Shown piece by piece: positions 9,352-18,501 of a DNA stretch of 64,000 bases. Origin of the DNA: Rhizomicrobium sp. GTDB taxonomy: Bacteria; Pseudomonadota; Alphaproteobacteria; Micropepsales; Micropepsaceae. Location of the stretch: the NCBI GenBank assembly GCA_035547015.1, contig DASZVO010000017.1, positions 267,638 through 331,637 on the forward strand. Direction: 5' to 3'. Positions within the stretch are counted from its first letter, which is position 1; each line of letters opens with the position of its first letter. Below the pieces are notes generated by a model that saw nothing but the letters and a program-made list of their open reading frames with translations, ran no database searches and was not told the DNA's origin. Position numbers and translations under genes: made by a program.

Positions 9352-10092
9352 ATGCGCGGGCTGAGGGTGTTGGCGGTTGGACTATGCGGGCTGATGCTTG
9401 CCCTGCCGCTCGCCGGCTGCGCCACCACCCCGCCTTCGGCCGAGGCGCTGGCCGCCCGCGATCCCTATGAAGGGATGAACCGCCAGACGCTGAAGTTCAA
9501 CGGCAAGATAGACCGGTATTTCGTCATTCCCACCGTGGGCCTCTACTTTATTCTGGTGCCCGAGCCCGGCCGCCGCGCCGTGCACAATTTCCTGGGCAAC
9601 CTGTCGCTGCCCACCATCTTCGTGAACGACATGTTTCAGGGCGAACTTAAGCGCGGCGCCCAGTCGGCGGGACGTTTCGTGATCAATACCACTATCGGGC
9701 TGGGCGGATTCTTCGACCCCGCAACCCGCATGGGAATTCCCGGCCACGGCGAGGATTTCGGCCAGACCCTGGCGGTGTGGGGCGCGAAGGAAGGTCCCTA
9801 TCTGGTGTTGCCCTTCTTCGGCCCTTCCAGTCCGCGCGATGCGGCGGGTCTGGCGGTGGACACGGTCATGGACCCGACCAATTACATCCATTTCAAGCAG
9901 CACATCTGGTGGGCGGCAGGCCGCGAATATTTCACCCTGCTTGACCTGCGCGCCCAGACATATCAGACGGTGCAGAGCATCCAGCGCAGTTCGGTGGACT
10001 ATTACTCCTCGCTGCGCAGCCTGTATCGCCAGCTGCGCGAGGAACAGATACGCAACGGCCGCGCCAAAGGCCAGGATCTCCCCGATTTCTGA
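9352..10092 (+). CDS. mlaA: MlaA/VacJ lipoprotein
   Basis: Lipobox 'LAGC'; 'RDPYEGMNR', 'RFVINTTIGLGGFFD', 'EDFGQTLAVWG..EGPYLVLPFFGPSSPRD'. Confidence 0.93.
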   Translation: MRGLRVLAVGLCGLMLALPLAGCATTPPSAEALAARDPYEGMNRQTLKFNGKIDRYFVIPTVGLYFILVPEPGRRAVHNFLGNLSLPTIFVNDMFQGELKRGAQSAGRFVINTTIGLGGFFDPATRMGIPGHGEDFGQTLAVWGAKEGPYLVLPFFGPSSPRDAAGLAVDTVMDPTNYIHFKQHIWWAAGREYFTLLDLRAQTYQTVQSIQRSSVDYYSSLRSLYRQLREEQIRNGRAKGQDLPDF

Positions 10093-10159
10093 GGAACTTT
10101 GCTGCCTTGAACTTGCCATAGCAAACCGCGAACATCGCACAAACAGGAAAGAAAGCCCG

Positions 10160-10807
10160 ATGCATATACCGACGACCCTGCCGCTTGTGCGCCGCGCCGT
10201 TCTGGTGCTGGCGGTTCTGCTTGCCGCGCCGATGCTGATGGCAAGACCCGCCGCTGCCGCCAACGTGGCCGAAAGCTTTGTTGGCGACAATGTCAACAAG
10301 GGCTTGCAGATCCTCAACGACAAGAAGCTGACCACGGCGCAACGCCGGGACCAGTTCGAAGGCTTCCTGCTCTCGCTGGTGGATGTACGCCGGGTGGCGT
10401 TGTTCACGCTCGGCCAGTATCGCCGCACGGCGCCGCCGGACGACGTGGAGGCCTTCGTGGCCGCCTTCAAGAACTACGCCGTGGCCGCCTATCAATCCTA
10501 TTTCGCGCGCTATACCGACCAGACTCTCAAGGTCACCGGCTCGACCCAGCGCAGCCCGACCGATTACATCGTGCAGACCCAGCTGATCGATCCGGGTTCG
10601 AACCAGCAGCCGCTGGAAGTGGATTTCCGCGTGCGCACCGATACCGGCAAGCCGGTGCTGGTGGACGTGGCGGTATCCGGCATCTGGCTGTCGTTGGAGG
10701 AACGCGACCAGTTCGTGGCCTTCCTGGGCCAGAACAACGGCAATGTCCGCACCCTGATTTCCCACCTGTCGGAGCTGGCGGTCAATCTCGGCAAACCCGC
10801 GCAATAA
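10160..10807 (+). CDS. mlaC: MlaC/Ttg2D phospholipid-binding periplasmic protein
   Basis: Signal peptide; 'FTLGQYRR', 'VDFRV', 'VDVAVSGIWL...RDQF..FLGQNNG'; follows mlaA. Confidence 0.85.
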   Translation: MHIPTTLPLVRRAVLVLAVLLAAPMLMARPAAAANVAESFVGDNVNKGLQILNDKKLTTAQRRDQFEGFLLSLVDVRRVALFTLGQYRRTAPPDDVEAFVAAFKNYAVAAYQSYFARYTDQTLKVTGSTQRSPTDYIVQTQLIDPGSNQQPLEVDFRVRTDTGKPVLVDVAVSGIWLSLEERDQFVAFLGQNNGNVRTLISHLSELAVNLGKPAQ

Positions 10808-10825
10808 CGCGGGTTTCTTTCCCGT

Positions 10826-12484
10826 TCAGGCGCGGGCGAAGCGCTTGTACTTGATCCGGTGCGGCTGGTCCGCATCGATGCCCAGCCGCCGCTTCTTGTC
10901 GGCTTCGTAATCCTGGTAGTTGCCCTCGAACCATTCCACATGGCTGTCCCCCTCGAAGGCCAGCATGTGGGTGGCGATGCGGTCCAGGAACCAGCGGTCG
11001 TGGCTGATGATCATGGCGCAGCCGGCGAAATCCTCCAGCGCCGTCTCCAGCGCGCGCAGCGTGTCCACGTCCAGATCGTTGGTAGGCTCGTCGAGCAGCA
11101 GCAGGTTGGCCCCCGACTTGAGCATCTTGGCCAGGTGCACGCGGTTGCGCTCGCCGCCCGAAAGCTGGCCCACCTTCTTCTGCTGGTCGCCGCCCTTGAA
11201 AGCAAAGGCGCCGACATAGGCGCGCGAATTGATCTTGGTCTTGCCGAACTCGATGATGTCGGTTCCGCCGGAGATCTCTTCCCACACGGTCTTGCCCGGA
11301 TCGAGCGCATCGCGCGACTGGTCCACATACCCCATCTGCACGGTGGGGCCGACCCGCAGCGTACCGGCGTCGGGCTTTTCCTGCCCCGTCAGCATGCGGA
11401 ACAGCGTGGTCTTGCCCGCACCATTGGGGCCGATCACGCCCACGATGCCGCCGGGCGGCAGCTTGAAGTTCACATTCTCGTACAGCAGGCGGTCGCCATA
11501 GCCTTTGGCCAGCCCCTCGGCCTCCACAACCACGCTGCCCAGCCTTTCGGCCACCGGAATCATGATGGTGGCGGCCTGCTGGCGCTGTTCCTGCGACTTG
11601 GCCACGAGTTCTTCATAGGCGTTGATGCGCGCCTTGGACTTGGCCTGCCGCGCCTTGGGGGACTGGGAAATCCATTCGCGCTCGCGCGCGATGGTGCGCT
11701 GCTGCGCGGCCTCCTCGTTCGATTCCTGCTTGAGGCGCTTTTCCTGCACGCCAAGGAAGGAAGAATAGTTGCCTTCGTGCGGAATGCCGCGGCCGCGATC
11801 CAGCTCCAGGATCCAGCCCGTGACATTGTCGAGGAAATAGCGGTCGTGCGTGACCAGGATCACGCAGCCCTTGTAGTCGCGCAGCGTCTGCTCCAGCCAG
11901 GCGACGGATTCCGCGTCCAGATGGTTGGTGGGCTCGTCCAGCAGCAGGATGTCAGGCGCATCCAGCAGCAGCTTGCACAGCGCGACGCGGCGTCTTTCAC
12001 CGCCTGACAGCGTTTCCACATTGGCTTCGCCGTCCGGACAGCGCAGCGCGTCCATCGCCTGGTCCACCCGGCTGTCCAGGTCCCACAACCCCTGGGCCTC
12101 GATCTCGTCCTGAAGCCGCGCCATCTCGTCGGCGGTCTCGTCAGAATAGTTGGCCGCGATCTCGTTGAAACGGTCCACCAGCGCCTGTTTCTTGGCGACG
12201 CCTTCCATCACGTTGCCGCGCACATCCTTGGATGGATCCAGCTGCGGCTCCTGCGGCAGATAGCCCATGCGCACGCCGTCGGCAGCCCAGGCCTCGCCCG
12301 TGAAATCCTTGTCCAGCCCCGCCATGATCTTCATCAGCGTGGACTTGCCGGCGCCATTAACGCCCACGATGCCGATCTTGGCGCCGGGATAGAAGCTGAG
12401 CCAGATGTCTTTCAGAACCTGCTTGCCGCCGGGATAGGTCTTGGAAAGACCCTTCATCACGAACACGAATTGCGGCCCGGCCAT
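10826..12484 (-). CDS. ettA: Energy-dependent translational throttle ABC-F ATPase
   Basis: 'LKDIWLSFYPGAKIG', two Walker A/ABC cassettes, 'LSGGERNRVHLAK', and 'FEGNYQDYEADKKRRLG'. Confidence 0.96.
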   Translation of the reverse strand: MAGPQFVFVMKGLSKTYPGGKQVLKDIWLSFYPGAKIGIVGVNGAGKSTLMKIMAGLDKDFTGEAWAADGVRMGYLPQEPQLDPSKDVRGNVMEGVAKKQALVDRFNEIAANYSDETADEMARLQDEIEAQGLWDLDSRVDQAMDALRCPDGEANVETLSGGERRRVALCKLLLDAPDILLLDEPTNHLDAESVAWLEQTLRDYKGCVILVTHDRYFLDNVTGWILELDRGRGIPHEGNYSSFLGVQEKRLKQESNEEAAQQRTIAREREWISQSPKARQAKSKARINAYEELVAKSQEQRQQAATIMIPVAERLGSVVVEAEGLAKGYGDRLLYENVNFKLPPGGIVGVIGPNGAGKTTLFRMLTGQEKPDAGTLRVGPTVQMGYVDQSRDALDPGKTVWEEISGGTDIIEFGKTKINSRAYVGAFAFKGGDQQKKVGQLSGGERNRVHLAKMLKSGANLLLLDEPTNDLDVDTLRALETALEDFAGCAMIISHDRWFLDRIATHMLAFEGDSHVEWFEGNYQDYEADKKRRLGIDADQPHRIKYKRFARA

Positions 12485-12568
12485 GACTGTTCCTTTTGAC
12501 GACGTTGGAGTGAGGGCGTTTTAGGCCGCTGGACGATGGGGTCAACCCCGGATTCGCGCGCCGGAGTT

Positions 12569-13696
12569 TCAGAACTTGATTTTGGCGCGTGACAGCAGCG
12601 AGACCGAGGTCGCGCCGGGCTGGCCCTGGGCATTGGTCTGATAGGCCGCGTTGGTCTGCAGCGCCAGCGCACCGTCGAGGAAATTGGTGATGTAGCCCAC
12701 GGAAAAATCGGTTTCCGCCGCGCGCGGGCCCAGCGCTTGGTTCTGCGAGACGATCAGCGGCGGAAGGTCGCCCGAGCCGGTCAGGCTGGAAAAGCTGCCT
12801 GCCAGGCTGGGAGCAGGACGGCTGAGAGACAGGCCCACCGTGTCATCTCCCCCGAACAAGCCATGCTTGGCGATGGCGATCGAGTAGGACTGTTCCTTGA
12901 GCGAAGTGCCGAGCCCGCTGCGCTGGTCAAGTTGCGTCATGCCCTCGCTGAAGGAGGCGGTCGTGACCCACCCCTGGCCCAGATTCATGTGCGCGGCGAC
13001 ATTCAGCGCCTGTGTGGCCGCCTTGGGAGTGATCGCGCCCGCGCCCGCATACCCCAGCGGCACGCCCGAACGTTCCGACGCGATGCCGGCGACATCCACG
13101 CCCAACGCGCCGGAAACATCCCACGAGAGGCCGGCCAGCAGGGATTTGGTCTGGCTGGCGTCATAAAGAAGCGCAAGATTGCCCGCGGGCGCCGCCGGCG
13201 CGAAGCTGAAACGGTCCAGCCGCTCGCTGTTGATCGAAGCACCAAGCCGCATGCGCAGGTTCGACGCCGGCGCAAAGGTCACGCCGCTGTAGCGGCCGCC
13301 GTTGGCCAGACCCAGGTAGGGCGTGGTGACGGCCGACAGGAAAGGCGATTCTGCCTGGCCGTAGTTCGTGAAGCGCGACGCGATGTCCAGCCCCTGCCCC
13401 GCATCCAATGCCAGGTTGGAAGCCAGCATGGTGCTGGCGGCGAAAGGCGCGACGGAGCGCCCGCCATAGGCGGCCGTGGCCAGGCGTGCGGCACTGTTGT
13501 CGAGCGAGGCGGCTACTTCACGCTGCAACGCAAAGCCCACCACGCCGTCGGCGGAAAGTTCGTAGGCGGAAATGGCCTTGGCCGTGCCGAAAGACTGAAG
13601 ACTCAGGGTCGCGTCATCGGCGCGCACTGGCATACCCGCCACAGACATGGCGGCAACACCCGCGGCAAGAACCGCAGCGCGCGCGAACCTCCTCAT
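12569..13696 (-). CDS. Exported protein, probable outer-membrane beta-barrel, unknown function
   Basis: Signal peptide ending 'VRA/DD', amphipathic Gly/Ser/Ala-rich strands, and C-terminal 'LLSRAKIKF' with terminal Phe. Confidence 0.6.
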   Translation of the reverse strand: MRRFARAAVLAAGVAAMSVAGMPVRADDATLSLQSFGTAKAISAYELSADGVVGFALQREVAASLDNSAARLATAAYGGRSVAPFAASTMLASNLALDAGQGLDIASRFTNYGQAESPFLSAVTTPYLGLANGGRYSGVTFAPASNLRMRLGASINSERLDRFSFAPAAPAGNLALLYDASQTKSLLAGLSWDVSGALGVDVAGIASERSGVPLGYAGAGAITPKAATQALNVAAHMNLGQGWVTTASFSEGMTQLDQRSGLGTSLKEQSYSIAIAKHGLFGGDDTVGLSLSRPAPSLAGSFSSLTGSGDLPPLIVSQNQALGPRAAETDFSVGYITNFLDGALALQTNAAYQTNAQGQPGATSVSLLSRAKIKF

Positions 13697-13890
13697 ACCT
13701 CAACCCCGAAGGGCCCCTCTGTCTTAGGGTGGGAAAGATACCAGACCGGTTTGTAAAGAGCCAAGGAAAACAAGGGATTTTCTGCGTCTTTCCGGCCACA
13801 GACCAGGGTACAAATGGTCGGAACGGGGGCCGGGGCGGGAACCGCGGATGGGCACTCCCGTACCGCAATATTATTTCAAGGTGAGGCATC

Positions 13891-14691
13891 ATGCCGTTTG
13901 TCCGGTTGGGAGGCCTGCCCTTCCATTTCGAGCGCTTCGGATCGGGCCCGCCCCTGCTGTTCATCGGCGGCACGGGCGGCGATTTGCGGCGGCCGGAAAC
14001 CCGGCTTTATGGCCCCCTGCCGCAGCATTTCGACCTTCTGACATGGGACCAGCGCGGCATGGGCCAGAGTTTCAAGGGTGACGCGCCCTTCACCATGCCG
14101 GACTATGCCGACGACGCCGCGGCCCTGATGGAGAGCCAGGGGTGGCGGGACGCCCATGTGATCGGGGTTTCCTTTGGCGGCATGGTGGCGCTGGAACTGG
14201 CGTTGCGGCATCCGGGCCGGATACGGCGACTGGTGCTGTGTTGCACGACATCAGGCGGGGCAGGTGGGTCCTCCTATCCCTATCACGAGTTGCCCCGGAT
14301 GGACCCGCTGGCCCTGGCCAGGCTGAAGGTGAAGCTTTTCGACATCCGCCATGACGATGCCTGGGCCGCGGCCAATCCGGCCCGGCACGCAGCCCTGGTC
14401 GGGCTCGCCGCCGCCGACCCTTTCCGCGACGAACCGGGCCATGCCGAAGGCGCGGCCCGCCAGATCGCCGCGCGGGCCGGTCACGATACCTGGGCGCGGC
14501 TGCCCGGCATCGGCTGCCCCGTGCTGGTTGCGGGGGGACGGTATGACGGCATCGCCAGACCGGACGCCGTGACGGCCCTCGCCGGCCGCATTCCAGGCGC
14601 AGAATTGCGCTTCTTCGAGGGCGGGCACCTGTTCATGCTCGAAAATCCGGCGGCCTATGACCTGTTCACGGAATTCCTGACCCGGCCCTGA
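13891..14691 (+). CDS. Alpha/beta fold hydrolase
   Basis: 'LLFIGGTGG', 'DQRGMGQS', nucleophile elbow 'GVSFGG', 'GGRYDGIA', and 'GGHLF'. Confidence 0.9.
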   Translation: MPFVRLGGLPFHFERFGSGPPLLFIGGTGGDLRRPETRLYGPLPQHFDLLTWDQRGMGQSFKGDAPFTMPDYADDAAALMESQGWRDAHVIGVSFGGMVALELALRHPGRIRRLVLCCTTSGGAGGSSYPYHELPRMDPLALARLKVKLFDIRHDDAWAAANPARHAALVGLAAADPFRDEPGHAEGAARQIAARAGHDTWARLPGIGCPVLVAGGRYDGIARPDAVTALAGRIPGAELRFFEGGHLFMLENPAAYDLFTEFLTRP

Positions 14692-14694
14692 CGG

Positions 14695-15045
14695 TCAGGC
14701 GGTCACGGGCGCAATGCGATTCAGCACGCGTTTCAGGTCTTCGGGCACGAACGGCTTCTGCAGCACGGAACACCCGCGGAACCGGTCGGGAATGCCGCGC
14801 TCGCCATAGCCGGTGGCGAAAATGAAAGGCGTGCCGCGCTGCGCCAGCCGGTCGGCGAAATCGAACACATCCCGGCCATTGAGGTGCACGTCCAGGATCG
14901 CCAGGTCATAATCGGCTTCCAGGGCAAGCGCCTGCTCGACATGGGTCAGCACGCCCGCCACCTGATAGCCGAACTCCGCCAGGATATCCTCGAGGAACAG
15001 GGCGACGATGATTTCGTCTTCCAGGACCAGAATCCGCGCAGCCAT
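14695..15045 (-). CDS. Single-domain response regulator (CheY-like receiver)
   Basis: 'RILVLEDE', 'AILDVHLNG', 'FIFATGY', and 'LQKPF'. Confidence 0.92.
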   Translation of the reverse strand: MAARILVLEDEIIVALFLEDILAEFGYQVAGVLTHVEQALALEADYDLAILDVHLNGRDVFDFADRLAQRGTPFIFATGYGERGIPDRFRGCSVLQKPFVPEDLKRVLNRIAPVTA

Positions 15046-15063
15046 CGCCTCCTCACGGCGCCT

Positions 15064-16185
15064 TCAGGACAGCTTCATCACCCACTCGCAGACCAGGCCG
15101 TCCGGCGCGAAATCCAGTGCGACAACGCCGGAAAGCTCGCGGCCCAGGCCATGCTCGATCAGGCGCAGTCCGAAACCCTTGCGCGGCGGGCGCACCACGG
15201 GCGGCCCGCCGCGCTCTTCCCAGCGCAGCCGTACCGTTTTCCCATCCTCCAGGATCGCCCAGGTCACATGCACAAGGCCTTCCGCATTCGAGAGCGCGCC
15301 ATACCTGGCCGCATTGGTGGCGAGTTCGTGGAAGCCCATGCCCAGCGCCAGCGCCCGCTTGGGATCGAGATGGATGGCCGGGCCTTCGACATGGAAACGG
15401 GCGCGACCTTCCTCATGCCAGGGCCTGAGCGCCCGGCATACGACGCCCTCGAAGGACGTGCCCGCCCAATTGTCCAGAGTAAGAAGATCATGCTGGCTGG
15501 AAAGGGCGAAAAGCCGGGCGAGAAAGGCATCGCGCGCCTGAAGATCTATGCCGCGCAGCGTCTGCATCGCCATCGCCTGCACTGTGGCGAGCGTGTTCTT
15601 CACCCGGTGGTTGAGTTCGTCCAGCAGCGCGTTCTGGTGCTGCTCGACGCGCCGGCGATGTTCGATCTCCAGCGCCAGCTGCCGTGTGGCCACCACGCGG
15701 CCGGTATCATCGCTGCACACGCAAAGGACGCCGCCGATGCGCCCGCCTTCCTCCGGAACCGGGCTGAAGGAGAAGGTATAATAATTATCCTCGGCGGTGC
15801 CGTCCCTGCGCACCGCCATGGGGCCCGCCTGCGCGCTGGCCAGGCCGTTCATCGCACCCTCCACACGCGTGCGAAACCGTTGCCAAACGCCGGCCCATGC
15901 CTGGCGCGCCGGCTGCCCGAGACCGCCGGATGACGCGCCCATGACCCGCAGGGCGGCATCATTGTGAAAACTGACCAGCTTCGGCCCCCACCACAGCCAC
16001 ATGGGCTGGCGCGAAGCCAACAGGATCCGCAGACAGGTACGCAGCGCGTCCGGCCAATCCTGCGGGGCGCCCAGCGGCGTCGCCCCCCAGTCGTGGCTGC
16101 GCATCGCCATCCCCATCAGCCCGCCGCCTGCAAGGAAATCAGGCGGCAAGGCCGCCATCAGCTTCTCATTGATGTGCAGGTTCAT
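15064..16185 (-). CDS. HWE-family sensor histidine kinase with N-terminal PAS-like domain
   Basis: 'DWGATPLG..QDWP..L' PAS-like start, 'ELNHRVKNTLATVQ', 'HELATNA..YGALS', and 'WEERGGP'. Start set at ATG 16185. Confidence 0.9.
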   Translation of the reverse strand: MNLHINEKLMAALPPDFLAGGGLMGMAMRSHDWGATPLGAPQDWPDALRTCLRILLASRQPMWLWWGPKLVSFHNDAALRVMGASSGGLGQPARQAWAGVWQRFRTRVEGAMNGLASAQAGPMAVRRDGTAEDNYYTFSFSPVPEEGGRIGGVLCVCSDDTGRVVATRQLALEIEHRRRVEQHQNALLDELNHRVKNTLATVQAMAMQTLRGIDLQARDAFLARLFALSSQHDLLTLDNWAGTSFEGVVCRALRPWHEEGRARFHVEGPAIHLDPKRALALGMGFHELATNAARYGALSNAEGLVHVTWAILEDGKTVRLRWEERGGPPVVRPPRKGFGLRLIEHGLGRELSGVVALDFAPDGLVCEWVMKLS

Positions 16186-16374
16186 TCTTTTCCAGCCGCC
16201 TGGCAGATGCCCTCCCGGACATTCCGTCAAACGTCATAGAAACATCGCGGTTCCCCGGCCGCGGCAAATAGCTGGGGATCATCAATAGCTTGGAACTTTC
16301 GGGCCTTTCCGCAGTTTGCAGGCGGTTCCGCGGAGGGTTCTTTTTCCGCAGCATCGGGCGTAGCGTTTGCCGGA

Positions 16375-17544
16375 ATGAGAGCCGCCATTCAGCCTTCCTC
16401 GTCCCTTTATGAGAATTATGCGGCGGTGCGCGCGCGCACCGCCGCCTTGGCGGCGCCATTGTCGGCGGAGGACGCCGCCGTTCAGTCCATGCCCGATGCC
16501 AGCCCCGTCAAATGGCATCTTGGTCACACAAGCTGGTTCTTTGAGACGGTGATCCTGCCGCATCTTCCGGGCTATCGCAGTTTCAACCCCCGCTTCACCT
16601 ATCTTTTCAACTCCTATTACGAGGTTCTGGGCCCCCGCCATCCGCGGCCGCGCCGGGGACTGCTTACCCGTCCGCCGCTGGATGAGGTCATGGCCTGGCG
16701 GGTGCATGTGGATGCGGCAATGGAAGAGGCCTGTGCCCGGGAAGACCTGCGTGACCTGATCCGGCTGGGCCTCAATCATGAAGAACAGCACCAGGAACTG
16801 ATCCTCACCGACATCAAGCATGCTTTCTTCTGCAACCCGCTGTTGCCGGCCTATCGTGCCGATGCGCCGTCGGCCCGCCCGCCCCGCGCCCTGCAGTGGC
16901 GCGCGCATGAAGGCGGCATCGTGCGGATCGGCCACGAGGGACCAGGCTTCGCCTTCGACAATGAAAGCCCGCGCCATGCCGTGCTGCTGCAGCCTTTCCG
17001 GATCGCCGCGCGCCCCGTCAGCAATGCCGAATACGGCGCTTTCATCGCCGACGGCGGCTATCGTCGCCCGGAATTCTGGCTTTCGGACGGCTGGGCGCAG
17101 GTGCAGGCGGAAGGCTGGGAAGCCCCGCTCTACTGGCTGAAGGACGATGACGGCAGCGAAAGCCATTTCACCCTTTCGGGCGTGCAGCCGCTCGATCCTC
17201 ATGCACCTGTCTGCCATGTGAGCTTTTATGAGGCGGCAGCCTATGCGGCATGGGCCGGCGCACGCCTGCCCACCGAATTCGAATGGGAAGCGGCCTGTGG
17301 CGCCGGATTCGACCAGGGCGACGTCTGGGAATGGACGCGGTCGGCCTATGACCCCTATCCCGGTTTCAGGCCGTTCGACGGCGTGGCGAGCGAATATAAC
17401 GGCAAGTTCATGGTGGGCCAGATGGTGCTGCGCGGCGGGTCCGCCGCCACGCCGCCGGGACATGCGCGCCCGACCTATCGCAACTTCTTTCCACCCCATG
17501 CCCGCTGGCAGTTCAGCGGCATACGTCTCGCTCAGGATCTGTGA
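16375..17544 (+). CDS. egtB: Ergothioneine biosynthesis sulfoxide synthase
   Basis: 'SMPDASPVKWHLGHTSWFFE', 'FNSYY', 'HEEQHQE', and FGE-sulfatase-like C-terminus 'YNGKFM...YRNFF...RWQFSGIRLA'. Confidence 0.92.
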   Translation: MRAAIQPSSSLYENYAAVRARTAALAAPLSAEDAAVQSMPDASPVKWHLGHTSWFFETVILPHLPGYRSFNPRFTYLFNSYYEVLGPRHPRPRRGLLTRPPLDEVMAWRVHVDAAMEEACAREDLRDLIRLGLNHEEQHQELILTDIKHAFFCNPLLPAYRADAPSARPPRALQWRAHEGGIVRIGHEGPGFAFDNESPRHAVLLQPFRIAARPVSNAEYGAFIADGGYRRPEFWLSDGWAQVQAEGWEAPLYWLKDDDGSESHFTLSGVQPLDPHAPVCHVSFYEAAAYAAWAGARLPTEFEWEAACGAGFDQGDVWEWTRSAYDPYPGFRPFDGVASEYNGKFMVGQMVLRGGSAATPPGHARPTYRNFFPPHARWQFSGIRLAQDL

Positions 17545-18497
17545 TGGATGCACGGTCCGCATGCGCCGCCCCGGCATCGCCGGCCGATGGGTTCGCGAAG
17601 GACCTGCTTGCAGGCTTGGCGAAAACGCCCAAAGAGATCGCCAGCAAATATTTTTACGACGCAGAGGGCTCGCGCCTGTTCGACGCGATCTGCGACCTGC
17701 CCGAATACTATCAGACCCGCACCGAGATGACGCTGCTGGCCCGTCATGGTCCCGAGATTGCAGCCCTGGCCGGCCGCGATGCCGAGATCGTGGAGTTCGG
17801 CGCCGGCTCGCTGCGCAAGGCGCGCATCCTGCTTGAGGCGCTGGATGCGCCGCGTGCCTATACCCCGCTGGATATTTCCGGCGATTACCTCGACGGGGTG
17901 TCACGCGCGCTGGCGCTCGACTATCCCGCACTGGTGCTCCGCCCGGTGGTCGCCGATTTCACGCAGCCCTTCTCACTGCCCGCGCTGCCCGGCAGTGCGC
18001 GCCGGGCCGGCTTCTTCCCCGGCGGAACAATCGGCAATTTCCGCCCCGAGGCCGCCGTGGCCCTGCTCCGGCGGATGCGCGGTGCGTTGAATGGCGGCGG
18101 CCTTCTGATCGGCGTGGATCTGGTCAAGGATCCGGCGCGGCTGCATGCCGCCTATAACGATGCGGCCGGCGCGACCGCCCGCTTCAACAAGAATCTGTTT
18201 GCGCGCGCCAACCGCGAGCTGGGCGCGGATTTCGATATGGACGCCTTCGCTCACTATGCGCCTTACAATCCTGTCGCCCAGCGCATCGAGATGTATCTCG
18301 TTAGCCTGAAGCGGCAGGCGGTGACCATCGCCGGAGAGAGGTTCGAGTTCGCGGCAGGCGAAGCCGTGCATACCGAGGACAGCCACAAATACACCATCGC
18401 CGCCTTCCGGGAGATGGGGGCGAGGGCGGGGTTCACGCCCCGCGCGGTATGGACCGATCCGGAACGGCTGTTCAGCATTCATTGGCTGGAAAGCTGA
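17541..18497 (+). CDS. egtD: L-histidine N-alpha-methyltransferase
   Basis: 'KYFYDAEGSRLFDAICDLPEYY', 'EFGAGS', 'TIGNF', 'AYND..G.TARFNKN', and 'TEDSHKY'. GTGA/ATGA-type overlap with egtB. Confidence 0.93.
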   Translation: MMDARSACAAPASPADGFAKDLLAGLAKTPKEIASKYFYDAEGSRLFDAICDLPEYYQTRTEMTLLARHGPEIAALAGRDAEIVEFGAGSLRKARILLEALDAPRAYTPLDISGDYLDGVSRALALDYPALVLRPVVADFTQPFSLPALPGSARRAGFFPGGTIGNFRPEAAVALLRRMRGALNGGGLLIGVDLVKDPARLHAAYNDAAGATARFNKNLFARANRELGADFDMDAFAHYAPYNPVAQRIEMYLVSLKRQAVTIAGERFEFAAGEAVHTEDSHKYTIAAFREMGARAGFTPRAVWTDPERLFSIHWLES

Positions 18498-18501
18498 ACG
18501 G

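Noticed and set aside
10590-10605. GGTTCGAA, like a tRNA T-loop
   Set aside because: It lies inside mlaC coding sequence with no cloverleaf arms.
13760-13830. GGAAAGACGCAGAAA on the minus strand upstream of the beta-barrel gene, resembling a c-di-GMP-I riboswitch core
   Set aside because: The flanking GGCAAA/GNRA hairpin and the P1 pairing could not be found; an Infernal search with RF01051 would settle it.
16375-17544. Possibility that the sulfoxide synthase is selenoneine synthase SenA
   Set aside because: No senB or selD/senC is adjacent, and the motifs and egtD pairing fit EgtB.
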